From positions 1 through 32,868 of the forward strand of contig JBBDIZ010000015.1 of the NCBI GenBank assembly GCA_040880145.1: 32,868 nt of DNA. Direction: 5' to 3'. Positions 1 to 9,199 of this stretch are shown in pieces. A program made the position numbers and the translations under genes. The notes beneath the pieces were generated by a model that was given only the letters and a program-made list of their open reading frames with translations, was not told where the DNA came from and made no database searches. This stretch comes from Simkaniaceae bacterium. GTDB lineage: Bacteria > Chlamydiota > Chlamydiia > Chlamydiales > JAJFMI01. Within the stretch, counting starts at the first letter, position 1. Each line of letters starts with the position of its first letter.

Positions 1-10
1 AACACGAATC

Positions 11-58
11 GGGCAGGGGCAAGGGCAGGGGCAAGGGCAGGGGCAAGGGCAAGGGCAG
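11..58 (+). repeat. Tandem hexamer repeat (GGGCA[A/G])x8, G-quadruplex-capable
   Basis: Read directly: gggcag gggcaa gggcag gggcaa gggcag gggcaa gggcaa gggcag; intergenic, about 40 bp past the stop of the TrmH-family gene. Confidence 0.95.
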
Positions 59-100
59 GGAATTGGGGTTATGCAAGATGTCTAATACCCATTTTACCCT

Positions 101-802
101 TCAAGACAATGCATACATGAGGATGGCACCGGCGAGGGCAACATTCAAGGAGTCGATTTTTCCACTCATAGGGATTGTGAGCCTGTCGCCTGAATGTCCG
201 GAGGAGGGGCCATGGGATTCGCTTCCAAGGATGAGGCAAAAGCTCTCAGGCGGGGTGTAGTCTTCAAGAGGGGCTCCATCGAGGTCGGCGATGAGTTTGG
301 GCTGTGGGTGGTCAGAGAGGGGCGCAATGGATAGAGGAATCTTGAAGGTAGCGCCTTTGGCGGCACGCAGCGCTTTATCATTGAAGGGATCGACCGAGTG
401 ATCTAGGACAACGCCGTCAAAGTTAAAGGCAAGGGCCGTTCGAATTAAGGTGCCCACGTTCCCAGGGTCTCGAAGATGGTCAAGGCCAAGCAAGCGTTTT
501 TTTCCTCGAAGATCTTGGAAGGGGGGAAGTTGGACTTCGGCTGCGAGCGGTTCGGGATTCGTGACGCCTGATATTTTTTTTATTATTTCCTCAGTTACAA
601 GGTAGGTCTCTTCAGCCTTAAAGTTAGAGGGCTTTGTACAGAGAAGGCGCTTGATCGAAACGTGGTCTTCTATTTCCCGAAGGCTGTTCTCTCCCAAGAT
701 AAATAGGCGTCCTTCGCTGTGGCGATAGGCTTTGTCTGTTCGTAATTTTTTTAGGTGTTTGACAACTGGATGTTGCAGACTGGTTAGTTTTATTGTATGC
801 AT
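101..802 (-). CDS. TrmH/SpoU-family RNA 2'-O-ribose methyltransferase
   Basis: SPOUT motifs LDHLRDPGNVGTLIRTA, ILGSESHG, IPMSGKIDSLNVA; N-terminal TSLQHPVVK...LR typical of the family; start taken at ATG 802 (track start 820). Confidence 0.92.
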   Translation of the reverse strand: MHTIKLTSLQHPVVKHLKKLRTDKAYRHSEGRLFILGENSLREIEDHVSIKRLLCTKPSNFKAEETYLVTEEIIKKISGVTNPEPLAAEVQLPPFQDLRGKKRLLGLDHLRDPGNVGTLIRTALAFNFDGVVLDHSVDPFNDKALRAAKGATFKIPLSIAPLSDHPQPKLIADLDGAPLEDYTPPESFCLILGSESHGPSSGHSGDRLTIPMSGKIDSLNVALAGAILMYALS

Positions 803-811
803 AAGAGTATT

Positions 812-2647
812 ATGACACATAAAATAACACCAAACAAGTTTAGAGGTTCTTTAATCAAAAGAATTCTCGGTGTCGTAACTCTTTTTCTCGTGATTCCTTT
901 TGTCCTTTATACGATTTATACCGCCCATCAAGATTATAAAAAGAAAATCCAGGAAATTATTGTATCTCTTGATTATCTGGAGCGAAGCGAAATCTTCATG
1001 CTGGATGAGTTGATTTTAACGCGTTTTCAAGACTTAGATATGATTAGTTATTTTTTTAAAAAGGGGGGAGAGGTTTCAACCGATCAACTTCCCAAATTTT
1101 ATAGCGGGCTTTTTGGTCAGAAAAAAAATAACGAAATTTTATTCCTCGATAAACAGGGAACTCAGTATATTTGCACGGCAAGTTCTGATCCGAGGTTATT
1201 AAAGGCGAATTATACGTCGATTATAAATCAAGCGACGCCTTCTGAAAAAAAATATCTTCTCTTTGCGGGTCATGATCCTGTGACAGGCATCAATAGTTTT
1301 TATATGGGGAAGGTTACAGATGAAGGGATTTGGATGCTTATTTTCCCTGCCAATCGATTGATCAAGGCGCTTTCGATTTTGCAAAATCCCACGATTCCAA
1401 CGACGTTGTCGATTTTAGATAAGAATAAGCGGACGATCATGACAACAGATGGAGCTCGGCTCGGCAAACAGTTCGGTGAGGTTGGGTTAAAGTTGCAGCC
1501 CTTTTCTTTAGATGCTTCAACCTTTTTCATACAAGGGGAGAGACGGATTGCGCTTTTAAAACGTCTTCCTGAAACTTCCTACTATCTTTTATTCGATGTG
1601 GATCACGCTTATGCTTTAAGCCCTGTGAAAAGCGCGCTGATTCGGCTTCTTGTTCTTTTCGCTCTTGTTATTGTTGTTGGATTCATGGCCTTTGTTTTGA
1701 TTTCACGGCGTATTGCCAGGCCGCTCATTCAATTAACGGATGTGATGAAAGCTCAAGCTGCAGGAGAGAGGCATGCGCGCTTTGTTTTTGATCGTTTTGG
1801 ATATGAAATCAACCAGGTTGGCGAAACATTTAACAGTATGATGAATCAAATTATTGAGGAGCAGTCGGCTCGACAAAGAATTGAAGTTGAAAAGCAAGGC
1901 TATCAAAAAGAGTTATTGATTGGGCGTGCGCTTCAAAAACAGCTCTTACCCGAGAAGCCGCCTCATCTTGAAGGTTTAGAGATGCTCGCTCACTTCATAC
2001 CGGCTAAAGAGGTGAGTGGAGATTTCTATGATTGGGTGATGATCGATAAAAATTGTCTGCAAATGATAATAGCAGACGTTTCGGGAAAGGGAATCGATGC
2101 GTGCTTTTATGCCTTGATTCTTCGCAGCTTTTTTCGCTCTCTTGCTCATGAACCGTTAAAAGTACAAGTCGAAAAAGCAAATCAGCTCTTTTGTCAAGAC
2201 ACCCTTAGAAGCGGCTCTTTTGCAACCCTTTGGATCGGGCAGTACAATCTCGATACCCATGAGTTGACTTATACCTCTTGCGGGCACAATCCTCCGCTCC
2301 TTTATAGGCAAAAAGATGAAATGAGCGAGCTTCAAACAGAGGGAATCGCCCTTGGGGTTCAAGATGGAATTGAGGTTGAAATTAAAACGATATCAATCGA
2401 AGAGAGTGATCTCATCTGCCTTTATACCGATGGGCTTGTTGAAAGCCATAATCTTAAAAATGAATGTTTCGGAATGGGTCGGCTGAAAACATTTTTATCG
2501 AATCGAAAAGGCGTTCAACTTCCCGACTTGCTTGGAGACCTCTTAGAGGAGGTTGCTCTTTTTAATGAGGGGGCGCCCCTTCATGATGATCTAACTCTTT
2601 TACTTTTTAATCGGGAGAAATATTCGGCCAATTCGGAGAACTCTTAA
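812..2647 (+). CDS. rsbU: RsbU-like membrane sensor phosphatase (TM, periplasmic sensor, TM, HAMP, PP2C/SpoIIE)
   Basis: Two hydrophobic TM segments, HAMP (IARPL...EINQVGETFNSM), PP2C motifs SGDFYD, IADVSGKG, CGHNPP, YTDGLVE, HDDLT; start 797 or 812. Confidence 0.88.
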   Translation: MTHKITPNKFRGSLIKRILGVVTLFLVIPFVLYTIYTAHQDYKKKIQEIIVSLDYLERSEIFMLDELILTRFQDLDMISYFFKKGGEVSTDQLPKFYSGLFGQKKNNEILFLDKQGTQYICTASSDPRLLKANYTSIINQATPSEKKYLLFAGHDPVTGINSFYMGKVTDEGIWMLIFPANRLIKALSILQNPTIPTTLSILDKNKRTIMTTDGARLGKQFGEVGLKLQPFSLDASTFFIQGERRIALLKRLPETSYYLLFDVDHAYALSPVKSALIRLLVLFALVIVVGFMAFVLISRRIARPLIQLTDVMKAQAAGERHARFVFDRFGYEINQVGETFNSMMNQIIEEQSARQRIEVEKQGYQKELLIGRALQKQLLPEKPPHLEGLEMLAHFIPAKEVSGDFYDWVMIDKNCLQMIIADVSGKGIDACFYALILRSFFRSLAHEPLKVQVEKANQLFCQDTLRSGSFATLWIGQYNLDTHELTYTSCGHNPPLLYRQKDEMSELQTEGIALGVQDGIEVEIKTISIEESDLICLYTDGLVESHNLKNECFGMGRLKTFLSNRKGVQLPDLLGDLLEEVALFNEGAPLHDDLTLLLFNREKYSANSENS

Positions 2648-3842
2648 GCCTCTGCATGAGGAGGTTCGGATCTATAATGGATTCATTGGCAGCGATTTGC
2701 TCAGCAATTCGTAAAAGCTCGCCCATTTTTTTGCCGGGCATAATCCCTTCTTTGAGTAAATCTTTAGAGGTAATAAGGGGACGATTTGATCTTAGGCGCT
2801 CAATCACTTCTTTAAGCTCAGCCTTTCTTTTTTTGTGAATATTCAGGATTTCGGAGCGATTTTCATAAGAGCTTAAGACAATTTCAAGAGCAAGATCAAA
2901 ATCTTCATTATGGTAGAGTTTTGCCCAATTAAAAGGCGTTAGCTCTAGAGATTCTTGGATAAGGGTTTCAACCTCATGGAGCAAGTTAAGAAAAACCTGT
3001 TCTTTTTTTGAACATCGAAAGGTTTCTAAAATGAGTTGTTTATCGATTAAGGAGCTAGTTGAAAAAAGGGCTAAAATTTTTGAAGTTACAGGGGCATTTA
3101 TGGGATAATGAGGCAGATGGCGGAGGCGGGACTGGATCTCTTCAACGGGAAGGTGACTTAATGAGGGGAAGATTTGGGGCAATAGGTTCAGGCGGTGAAG
3201 GGTTGCTAAAGCCATTTCAAAATGCGGGAAGCGGTTCATTTTCTCTAATTCTTGAAAAATGCGTTCATAGGCAACAGCTGGAAAAAGTTGATTTGCGTGA
3301 GCATAGATCGCTTGCATGGTCTCTGTTTCAATGGGAAAATGAAACCGTGCAGAGTATCGAACCGCACGAATCATACGGAGGCGGTCTTCCAAAAATCGCT
3401 CGTGCGGGTTGCCGATTGCTCGAATAATTCCGGCTTTTAAATCTTTTTGTCCCTCTACAAAATCGAAAAGTTCTTTTTTGATCGGATCATAGAAGAGGCC
3501 ATTAATGGTAAAGTCACGTCTTTTTGCATCTTCTTGAGGCGTTGCTTTTGCAACAGATGTAGGGCGGCGGCCATCGAGGCTGCCGACATCTTTTCGAAAA
3601 GTTGCGACTTCAAAAGGGTGGTTGTCAATGACGACAATGAGAATACCAAAATTGATGCCTACGGGAATCGTTTTTTCGAAAATAGCTTGGATCTCTTCGA
3701 CAGGAGCATCCGTTGCAATATCAATATCGTCTGAGGGGTGGTTCATCAAAAGATCGCGTACCCAACCGCCTGCGATATAGGCTGTGTATCCGCAATCATT
3801 AAGACGCATAATGAGTTGTTTTGCTAAGTTAAGAGAGCTCAT
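2607..3842 (-). CDS. cca: Class II CCA-adding tRNA nucleotidyltransferase
   Basis: GGWVRD, DIDIATD, RRDFTING, EDRLRMIRA motifs; flexible loop DGRRP present; no poly(A) polymerase signature (GRRF). Confidence 0.88.
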   Translation of the reverse strand: MSSLNLAKQLIMRLNDCGYTAYIAGGWVRDLLMNHPSDDIDIATDAPVEEIQAIFEKTIPVGINFGILIVVIDNHPFEVATFRKDVGSLDGRRPTSVAKATPQEDAKRRDFTINGLFYDPIKKELFDFVEGQKDLKAGIIRAIGNPHERFLEDRLRMIRAVRYSARFHFPIETETMQAIYAHANQLFPAVAYERIFQELEKMNRFPHFEMALATLHRLNLLPQIFPSLSHLPVEEIQSRLRHLPHYPINAPVTSKILALFSTSSLIDKQLILETFRCSKKEQVFLNLLHEVETLIQESLELTPFNWAKLYHNEDFDLALEIVLSSYENRSEILNIHKKRKAELKEVIERLRSNRPLITSKDLLKEGIMPGKKMGELLRIAEQIAANESIIDPNLLMQRLKSSPNWPNISPD

Positions 3843-4106
3843 TTTCTATTTTGTCATAACCTCTAGGGTTGTGCTTACGAAGTCTTTGTTATTGTAGTAC
3901 TTTTGTATTTTTTCTCTTTCTTTTTTATATTTTTTAACCATTTCGTCTGATTTTTGGTAAAAAGAACGGAAGATTGGAATAGAAACATTATGAATGCTCA
4001 AATTATTAATATAATTTGAATAATTGTCCGAAAAATCTGATTTATAAGAGTTTAAATTAAATACTATATAAAAAATATTTGATATAGTGTTCTATGGCGT
4101 ATTTTT

Positions 4107-4385
4107 TTACTTAAGCTTTACAATGAAAAAATTATAGAAGAGTGAAAAGATCAGTCCCCCAATTGCTCCATCAAAAAAAGCCCATATCGCTCCAATAATC
4201 GCCCCAATAAATGTGGGCTCGTAGCCGATATAAAAAGATCCCATCACCTCGACAAAAGGGGGGCCCCAGCCAAATGCGGCTAACCAGCCGGCCATGAGTA
4301 TGGAAAAGGACCATGTGATTCCAAGTGCTAATGTAAAGGAAGGGATATTGAAGGGTTGTCCCTTGATTTTTTTGTTTTCTTTCAT
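4107..4385 (-). CDS. Small two-TM membrane protein (resembles a widespread family often labelled holin-like)
   Basis: ALGITW...YIGY..TFIGAIIGAIWAFFDGAIGG...YN pattern; start moved to ATG 4385 to avoid overlap. Confidence 0.7.
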   Translation of the reverse strand: MKENKKIKGQPFNIPSFTLALGITWSFSILMAGWLAAFGWGPPFVEVMGSFYIGYEPTFIGAIIGAIWAFFDGAIGGLIFSLFYNFFIVKLK

Positions 4386-4479
4386 ATCTTCTCTATCACT
4401 TCTTTTTTTTTTAAATTCAATAAAAAAGGTCTTTCGCATAGGATGGAGTCTCTTATCTTTGTATAATAAGGAGATGGAT

Positions 4480-5031
4480 ATGAAAAAAATCGTGATTAGT
4501 CTTTGTACGCTCCTAGCATGGAATCATGGAATGATAGCAAGCGATTTTGTAATTTGGAAAAATGATACGCAACAATCTGAAATAAATTCCTCCTTTGTTT
4601 CATACCACGCCTCCTCAACTTCAATTGCCCCTTTTTATAAGCTTTCTATCACAGAAAAAGAGGCTCGAACGATTTCAAAATTGATCAAGGGAATGGCTGA
4701 AAACAGTATTTATAAATTGTTATGGCGTAAATCTGAATTTGAACGTATGGGAGATTCGATTCATCACCTTCACCCAGTGCGTTTTCTTGGGCATATTTTT
4801 CACTCCAAAAATTTAACAAACTGTATGCGGACAATTCGACGAAGCTATTTTAAATGGAATAGCTTTATGGTGGGCCTTAAACTTAGAATCGTCGAGGAAC
4901 ATAGAGGCAAAAATATTCGCCCTTACATTTATGGCTTCGCTGACTATATCGATCGAAACCCTGAAGATATCATGTACTATGTCGATAGTGCCGATTGGGA
5001 TGGACTCATTAAATATCTATTAAATTCCTGA
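4480..5031 (+). CDS. Hypothetical exported protein, probably Chlamydiota-specific
   Basis: AAGGAG SD at 4468-4473 before ATG 4480; MKKIVISLCTLLA signal-like N-terminus; HPVRFLG..F and FKWNSF motifs. Confidence 0.7.
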   Translation: MKKIVISLCTLLAWNHGMIASDFVIWKNDTQQSEINSSFVSYHASSTSIAPFYKLSITEKEARTISKLIKGMAENSIYKLLWRKSEFERMGDSIHHLHPVRFLGHIFHSKNLTNCMRTIRRSYFKWNSFMVGLKLRIVEEHRGKNIRPYIYGFADYIDRNPEDIMYYVDSADWDGLIKYLLNS

Positions 5032-5038
5032 GAATTTT

Positions 5039-5893
5039 ATGCTTTTTCACTATATCGATGGGCAAATTCTTCCCGAGTCAGAGACTAAGGTTTTAGTTTC
5101 CGATCTCTCTGTCATGCGGGGCTATGGGGTCTTTGATTACTGCCGTATTAGAAACGGGCGGCCTTTTCACATCGAATCTCATATAAAGCGTTTTAGAGCA
5201 TCTGCAAAAGGAGTTCATCTGCCTTTTCATTGGACCGATAGTGAAATCTTAGAAATTATTGAATCGCTTATCGAAAAAAATGGGAATAAAGAAATCTGCT
5301 TTCGTCTTTTTTTATTAGGAGGAGAGAGCTCAAATGATTTCATTCTTCCATCAAATGGACCTCGCCTTTCGGTTCTCTCTGAAATGCCGCACCCCTATCC
5401 GATGCGTTATTATCGTGAGGGAATGGATTTAATGACGTTCGAAGAGCGGCGTTTTCTTCCTTCAATTAAAACAACAAATTATTTGCCTGCAATTCTTGCT
5501 TTAAAAGAAGTGAAACATGCAGGAGGGGATGAAGCCTTATTTGTGAGCTCAAAAAAAGAGCTTTTAGAAGCCACAACCAGTAACTTTTTTGCAGTTATCG
5601 ATCGCAAACTCATAACGCCTCCTTTAGATGGCCGCATCCTTCCTGGAATAACACGTGATATTGTTTTAAAACTGGCCTTAACAGAAAAGATTGCTGTTGA
5701 AGAAAGGGCTATTGACTTTTGCGAAATCCCAAATATGACCGAAGCCTTTCTAACATCGACAAATAAAGATCTCATTTCTTGCCGCTCGATTGATGGAATC
5801 AAGATGAATGGGGGAGAAAAAGCAGAAATAACGCGGCTTTTACGAGAGCGATTTCATCAACATATTGAGCTTTTCACAGCCGCTTTTCTCTGA
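5039..5893 (+). CDS. PLP fold-type IV aminotransferase, likely a non-canonical D-amino-acid transaminase
   Basis: RGYGVFD, HIKRF, catalytic Lys in IKTTNY, EATTSN, ILPGITR, EAFLTST. Confidence 0.85.
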   Translation: MLFHYIDGQILPESETKVLVSDLSVMRGYGVFDYCRIRNGRPFHIESHIKRFRASAKGVHLPFHWTDSEILEIIESLIEKNGNKEICFRLFLLGGESSNDFILPSNGPRLSVLSEMPHPYPMRYYREGMDLMTFEERRFLPSIKTTNYLPAILALKEVKHAGGDEALFVSSKKELLEATTSNFFAVIDRKLITPPLDGRILPGITRDIVLKLALTEKIAVEERAIDFCEIPNMTEAFLTSTNKDLISCRSIDGIKMNGGEKAEITRLLRERFHQHIELFTAAFL

Positions 5894-7165
5894 TAGAAGA
5901 AGCGTTTTTGCTTGTTTGCCAAAGCACGATGTCGTCAGAAGTTTAGCCCCTCTTTTTCTCTGAAGATAAAGAGCGTTTCCATACTCCCAATCGGGCATTC
6001 CTTGATTGGGCTTTGTTTCATCTTTAGCCTCAGAATGAATACAAATTTGTCCCTGTGCAATAGCTAAAAGTTCCATAGCGGTCAATCCTCCAGAACGCGT
6101 TAATGTCATATGGCTCCAATAATAGAGGGGGGCAATGACAGAATCATCTTGGAAAGACATGGGAATAACGGTTAAATTTATCGGAAAATTTTGCTTTTTC
6201 ATCACAAGATCATGGACTTGCTTAAGAAGACTTCTTTTTCGTGGTACGTGGTCGTTGCAAAAGACAAAAAGAGAGTAGCTTTTTTCTTTGGTACTTTCCC
6301 ATTTGATGGTTTCAATAATTTCATTCACATAAAAAAGCGTCTTTTTTTCTGCAGGGATGCTCCCAAGCATTAGAGTAAAGATCTTTTCATCCGGTGAAAG
6401 GGTTATATGGATTTTTTCATGTTCAATTAAAAAAGTTAAATGGCCTTTCTGAAGAGTCTCTCTGATTAACTCTTTCTCTTCTTCACTATGAAATTGAATC
6501 GGAAGATTTAGAAAAGCACGAAGGGGTTTTGTTTGGATCAAAGATTTAAATGTAGGGCGTAAGGGCATCTCCTGGTAATCGATATTCTCTGTTTCTAAAT
6601 TACAAAAATCACGCCAAAATGCTTCTTGAGTTTGATTGGGATAGAGAAGGGGTTGACTTGTCACAAGCCTTAGAGTGTTTTTGTCTTTTTTCGACAGGTT
6701 TTTGATTGGATCGAAAAAGTGAAAGCAATAATGAGTGGGAAGTTCGGTCAAAATTTTTTCAAATTTAATTTTTCGATTTTCTTTTTTTTCAACCCATTTA
6801 ATTGCTTTAATAATCGGAGAGGTGAGGCTAGGTTGTGTATCAATAATATGATTGATTTTATGCTGTTTTAAAAGGAAAAGTGTCTTGAAAAAAATAGGAG
6901 TGCTAAAGAAAAAATCCTGAAGAATTTGCAGCGAGATAAGCCGGTTGAGCTTTGAAACATTTCCCTCAGCTTGAGCTTGATTCCACTGATTGACGAAAAA
7001 ACGACCGATCCGCTTTCCAATCCAATCGAGTAAGATATCAACTACGATGACCTTTGCCGAGGGATTTTGTTTTATTATCTCTAAGTGTTTGGCCTTAGCA
7101 GCTTGTAAATGACCACTGCCCCCCGAGGAGGTGATAATCAAAATAGTCTTTTCTTGATGACCCAT
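5840..7165 (-). CDS. GT-B fold glycosyltransferase-like protein (GT28 / MGDG synthase / UgtP-like)
   Basis: N-terminal ILIITSSGGSGHLQAA and C-terminal TRSGGLTAMELLA match the GT28 GxGH and KxGGxTxxE motifs. Confidence 0.65.
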   Translation of the reverse strand: MGHQEKTILIITSSGGSGHLQAAKAKHLEIIKQNPSAKVIVVDILLDWIGKRIGRFFVNQWNQAQAEGNVSKLNRLISLQILQDFFFSTPIFFKTLFLLKQHKINHIIDTQPSLTSPIIKAIKWVEKKENRKIKFEKILTELPTHYCFHFFDPIKNLSKKDKNTLRLVTSQPLLYPNQTQEAFWRDFCNLETENIDYQEMPLRPTFKSLIQTKPLRAFLNLPIQFHSEEEKELIRETLQKGHLTFLIEHEKIHITLSPDEKIFTLMLGSIPAEKKTLFYVNEIIETIKWESTKEKSYSLFVFCNDHVPRKRSLLKQVHDLVMKKQNFPINLTVIPMSFQDDSVIAPLYYWSHMTLTRSGGLTAMELLAIAQGQICIHSEAKDETKPNQGMPDWEYGNALYLQRKRGAKLLTTSCFGKQAKTLLLSEKSGCEKLNMLMKSLS

Positions 7166-7217
7166 ATCTTAATTTTATACTGCTAAGGACTTTCCAAACA
7201 ATCTTCAATTATATAAG

Positions 7218-8591
7218 TTACTCTTTCATTGAAAGAAGGAATTCAGCATTACTTGCTGTTTTCTTTAATCTTTGAATAAGGAGTTTCATGGCATCCAGCG
7301 GAGATAAATCTGCCAAAGCTTGACGAAGGAGGAAAATCTTTTCAAGTTCCGTTGGATGATAAAGAAGTTCCTCTTTACGTGTTCCGCTCTTGACGATATC
7401 GATGGCTGGAAAGACTCGACGATCAGAAAGGCGACGATCGAGAACAAGTTCCATATTCCCTGTTCCCTTAAACTCTTCAAAAATCACCTCATCCATCTTT
7501 GAGCCTGTTTCGATCAAGGCTGTTGCGATAATGGTTAGAGAGCCGCCTTGCTCGATATTTCGAGCCGCTCCAAAAAAGCGTTTGGGCTTTTGAAGCGAGT
7601 GGGCATCCACACCACCTGTTAAAATCTTACCGGAGTGGGGTTGGATAGTATTGTAAGCCCTTGCAAGCCGGGTTAATGAGTCGAGAAGAATAATCACATC
7701 GTGGCCATATTCGACGAGACGTCTAGCGCGCTCAATCGCCATCTCAGCGACTTGAGTATGGCGCTCGGGAGGCTCATCAAAGGTTGAACTGATCACTTCG
7801 CCATTCACAGTCCGCGACATATCGGTAACCTCTTCAGGCCTTTCGTCAATGAGTAAAACCATGAGATGCGCCTCAGGATAATTCGCTGCAATGGCGTTGG
7901 CAATATCTTTAAGAAGGATTGTTTTTCCGGTTTTTGGAGGAGCCACAATCATGGCACGCTGACCTTTTCCAATGGGAGCTGCTAAATCGAGGATACGAGT
8001 CGAAAACTTGTTTCTATCGCCCTCCATGATAAGACGCTCATCCGGAAAGAGGGGGGTGAGGTTTTCAAAAAGAATTCTCTCTTTTGACCGATCAGGAGAT
8101 TTATTATTGATGCGGTCGACTTTGTAAAGGGCAAAGTATTTTTCCTTTTCCTTTGGAGAGCGAAGCATGCCGAAAACGTGATCGCCCTTTTTTAAGTCGA
8201 AGCGGCGAATTTGGGCCGGAGACACATAAATATCTTCCGCAGAAGGGAGGAAGTTGTAATTAGGAGAGCGTAAAAATCCAAAGCCGTCGGGAAGAACTTC
8301 TAAAATCCCTTCCCCTACGATGACCTCGCCTTGTTGGCTTGAGAGTGTTTTTACAACATCAAAAACCATTTGAGACTTGGTCAAGGATCCTAAATTCTTA
8401 ATTCCCAAATTTTTTGCAAAAGTATTTAGCTGATCGATATTCATGCGCTGAAGATCTGCAATCTTTGTAATATTGGGCTCTGTTTCAGGTTTTTGGGGAT
8501 CTACCGGAGCTCTTGGAGGAAGCGGTGGGGGTAGAACTGTATGAGGCTCATTTTTTTCTTGGTCTTGAGCCTGGGGAGGTTCTTTATTCAT
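7218..8591 (-). CDS. rho: Transcription termination factor Rho
   Basis: [20 protein letters not shown], Walker [30 protein letters not shown]. Confidence 0.99.
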   Translation of the reverse strand: MNKEPPQAQDQEKNEPHTVLPPPLPPRAPVDPQKPETEPNITKIADLQRMNIDQLNTFAKNLGIKNLGSLTKSQMVFDVVKTLSSQQGEVIVGEGILEVLPDGFGFLRSPNYNFLPSAEDIYVSPAQIRRFDLKKGDHVFGMLRSPKEKEKYFALYKVDRINNKSPDRSKERILFENLTPLFPDERLIMEGDRNKFSTRILDLAAPIGKGQRAMIVAPPKTGKTILLKDIANAIAANYPEAHLMVLLIDERPEEVTDMSRTVNGEVISSTFDEPPERHTQVAEMAIERARRLVEYGHDVIILLDSLTRLARAYNTIQPHSGKILTGGVDAHSLQKPKRFFGAARNIEQGGSLTIIATALIETGSKMDEVIFEEFKGTGNMELVLDRRLSDRRVFPAIDIVKSGTRKEELLYHPTELEKIFLLRQALADLSPLDAMKLLIQRLKKTASNAEFLLSMKE

Positions 8592-9199
8592 AGCTGAAAG
8601 CGTTCTCCTAAATTTTTAAGAAGGGTCATAATTTCCATTTTTAAATGATTTATATCTCCATTATTATGGAGGACAAAATGAGCTTTTGAAGCTTTTTTAT
8701 TAAAGGGCCACTGAGCTTTTGATCGTCTTACGAAGTCTTCTTCAGTATGGCCGCTATTTAAGTAGCGTTTTAAGCAATTTTTCACATCAGCACCGACAAC
8801 AAGGATTGTATCGAAGTAGCTTTCCCACCCTAATTCAAAGAGAAGGGGAATTTCAACAACTAGGCAGCGAGCCTTGCCCTCCTTTTCTAGGCGCTCAGCG
8901 TCATTTAAAATCTTTTTTAAAATCAAAGGGTGAACAAGGGATTCAAGTTCAGCCAGTTTTTCTTGATCTTTAAAGACAAGGGTTGCAAGTTTTTTCCGAT
9001 CAATTTCACCATCTGTTGTAATAGATGCTCCAAACCTCTTGATGATAGATTCTTTAAGAGAAGAGTTGGATAGGTAAAGTTGATGGGTAATCTTATCGGC
9101 ATCGAGGCGGTAGGCACCAGACGCTTCGAGTATCTTGGCAAGCTCTGTTTTACCTGAGGCCAAGGTGCCGGTCACTGCAATTTTCTTTAATTTTAACAT
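8588..9199 (-). CDS. coaE: Dephospho-CoA kinase
   Basis: [32 protein letters not shown]; start ATG 9199 coupled to the polA stop. Confidence 0.95.
   Translation of the reverse strand: MLKLKKIAVTGTLASGKTELAKILEASGAYRLDADKITHQLYLSNSSLKESIIKRFGASITTDGEIDRKKLATLVFKDQEKLAELESLVHPLILKKILNDAERLEKEGKARCLVVEIPLLFELGWESYFDTILVVGADVKNCLKRYLNSGHTEEDFVRRSKAQWPFNKKASKAHFVLHNNGDINHLKMEIMTLLKNLGERFQL

Noticed and set aside
2607..3842. Poly(A) polymerase or CC-only enzyme
   Set aside because: Lacks the PAP GRRF signature and retains the flexible loop and EDxxR motif of CCA-adding enzymes
3843..4106. Replication origin
   Set aside because: AT-rich, but no cluster of DnaA boxes (TTATCCACA-like) seen
4107..4385. 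True phage holin or lysis cassette
   Set aside because: No endolysin or other phage gene adjacent; only a family resemblance
4294..4479. Long N-terminal overlap between ORFs 4294-5031 and 4107-4439
   Set aside because: Downstream ATGs (4480 with SD AAGGAG; 4385) remove the overlap
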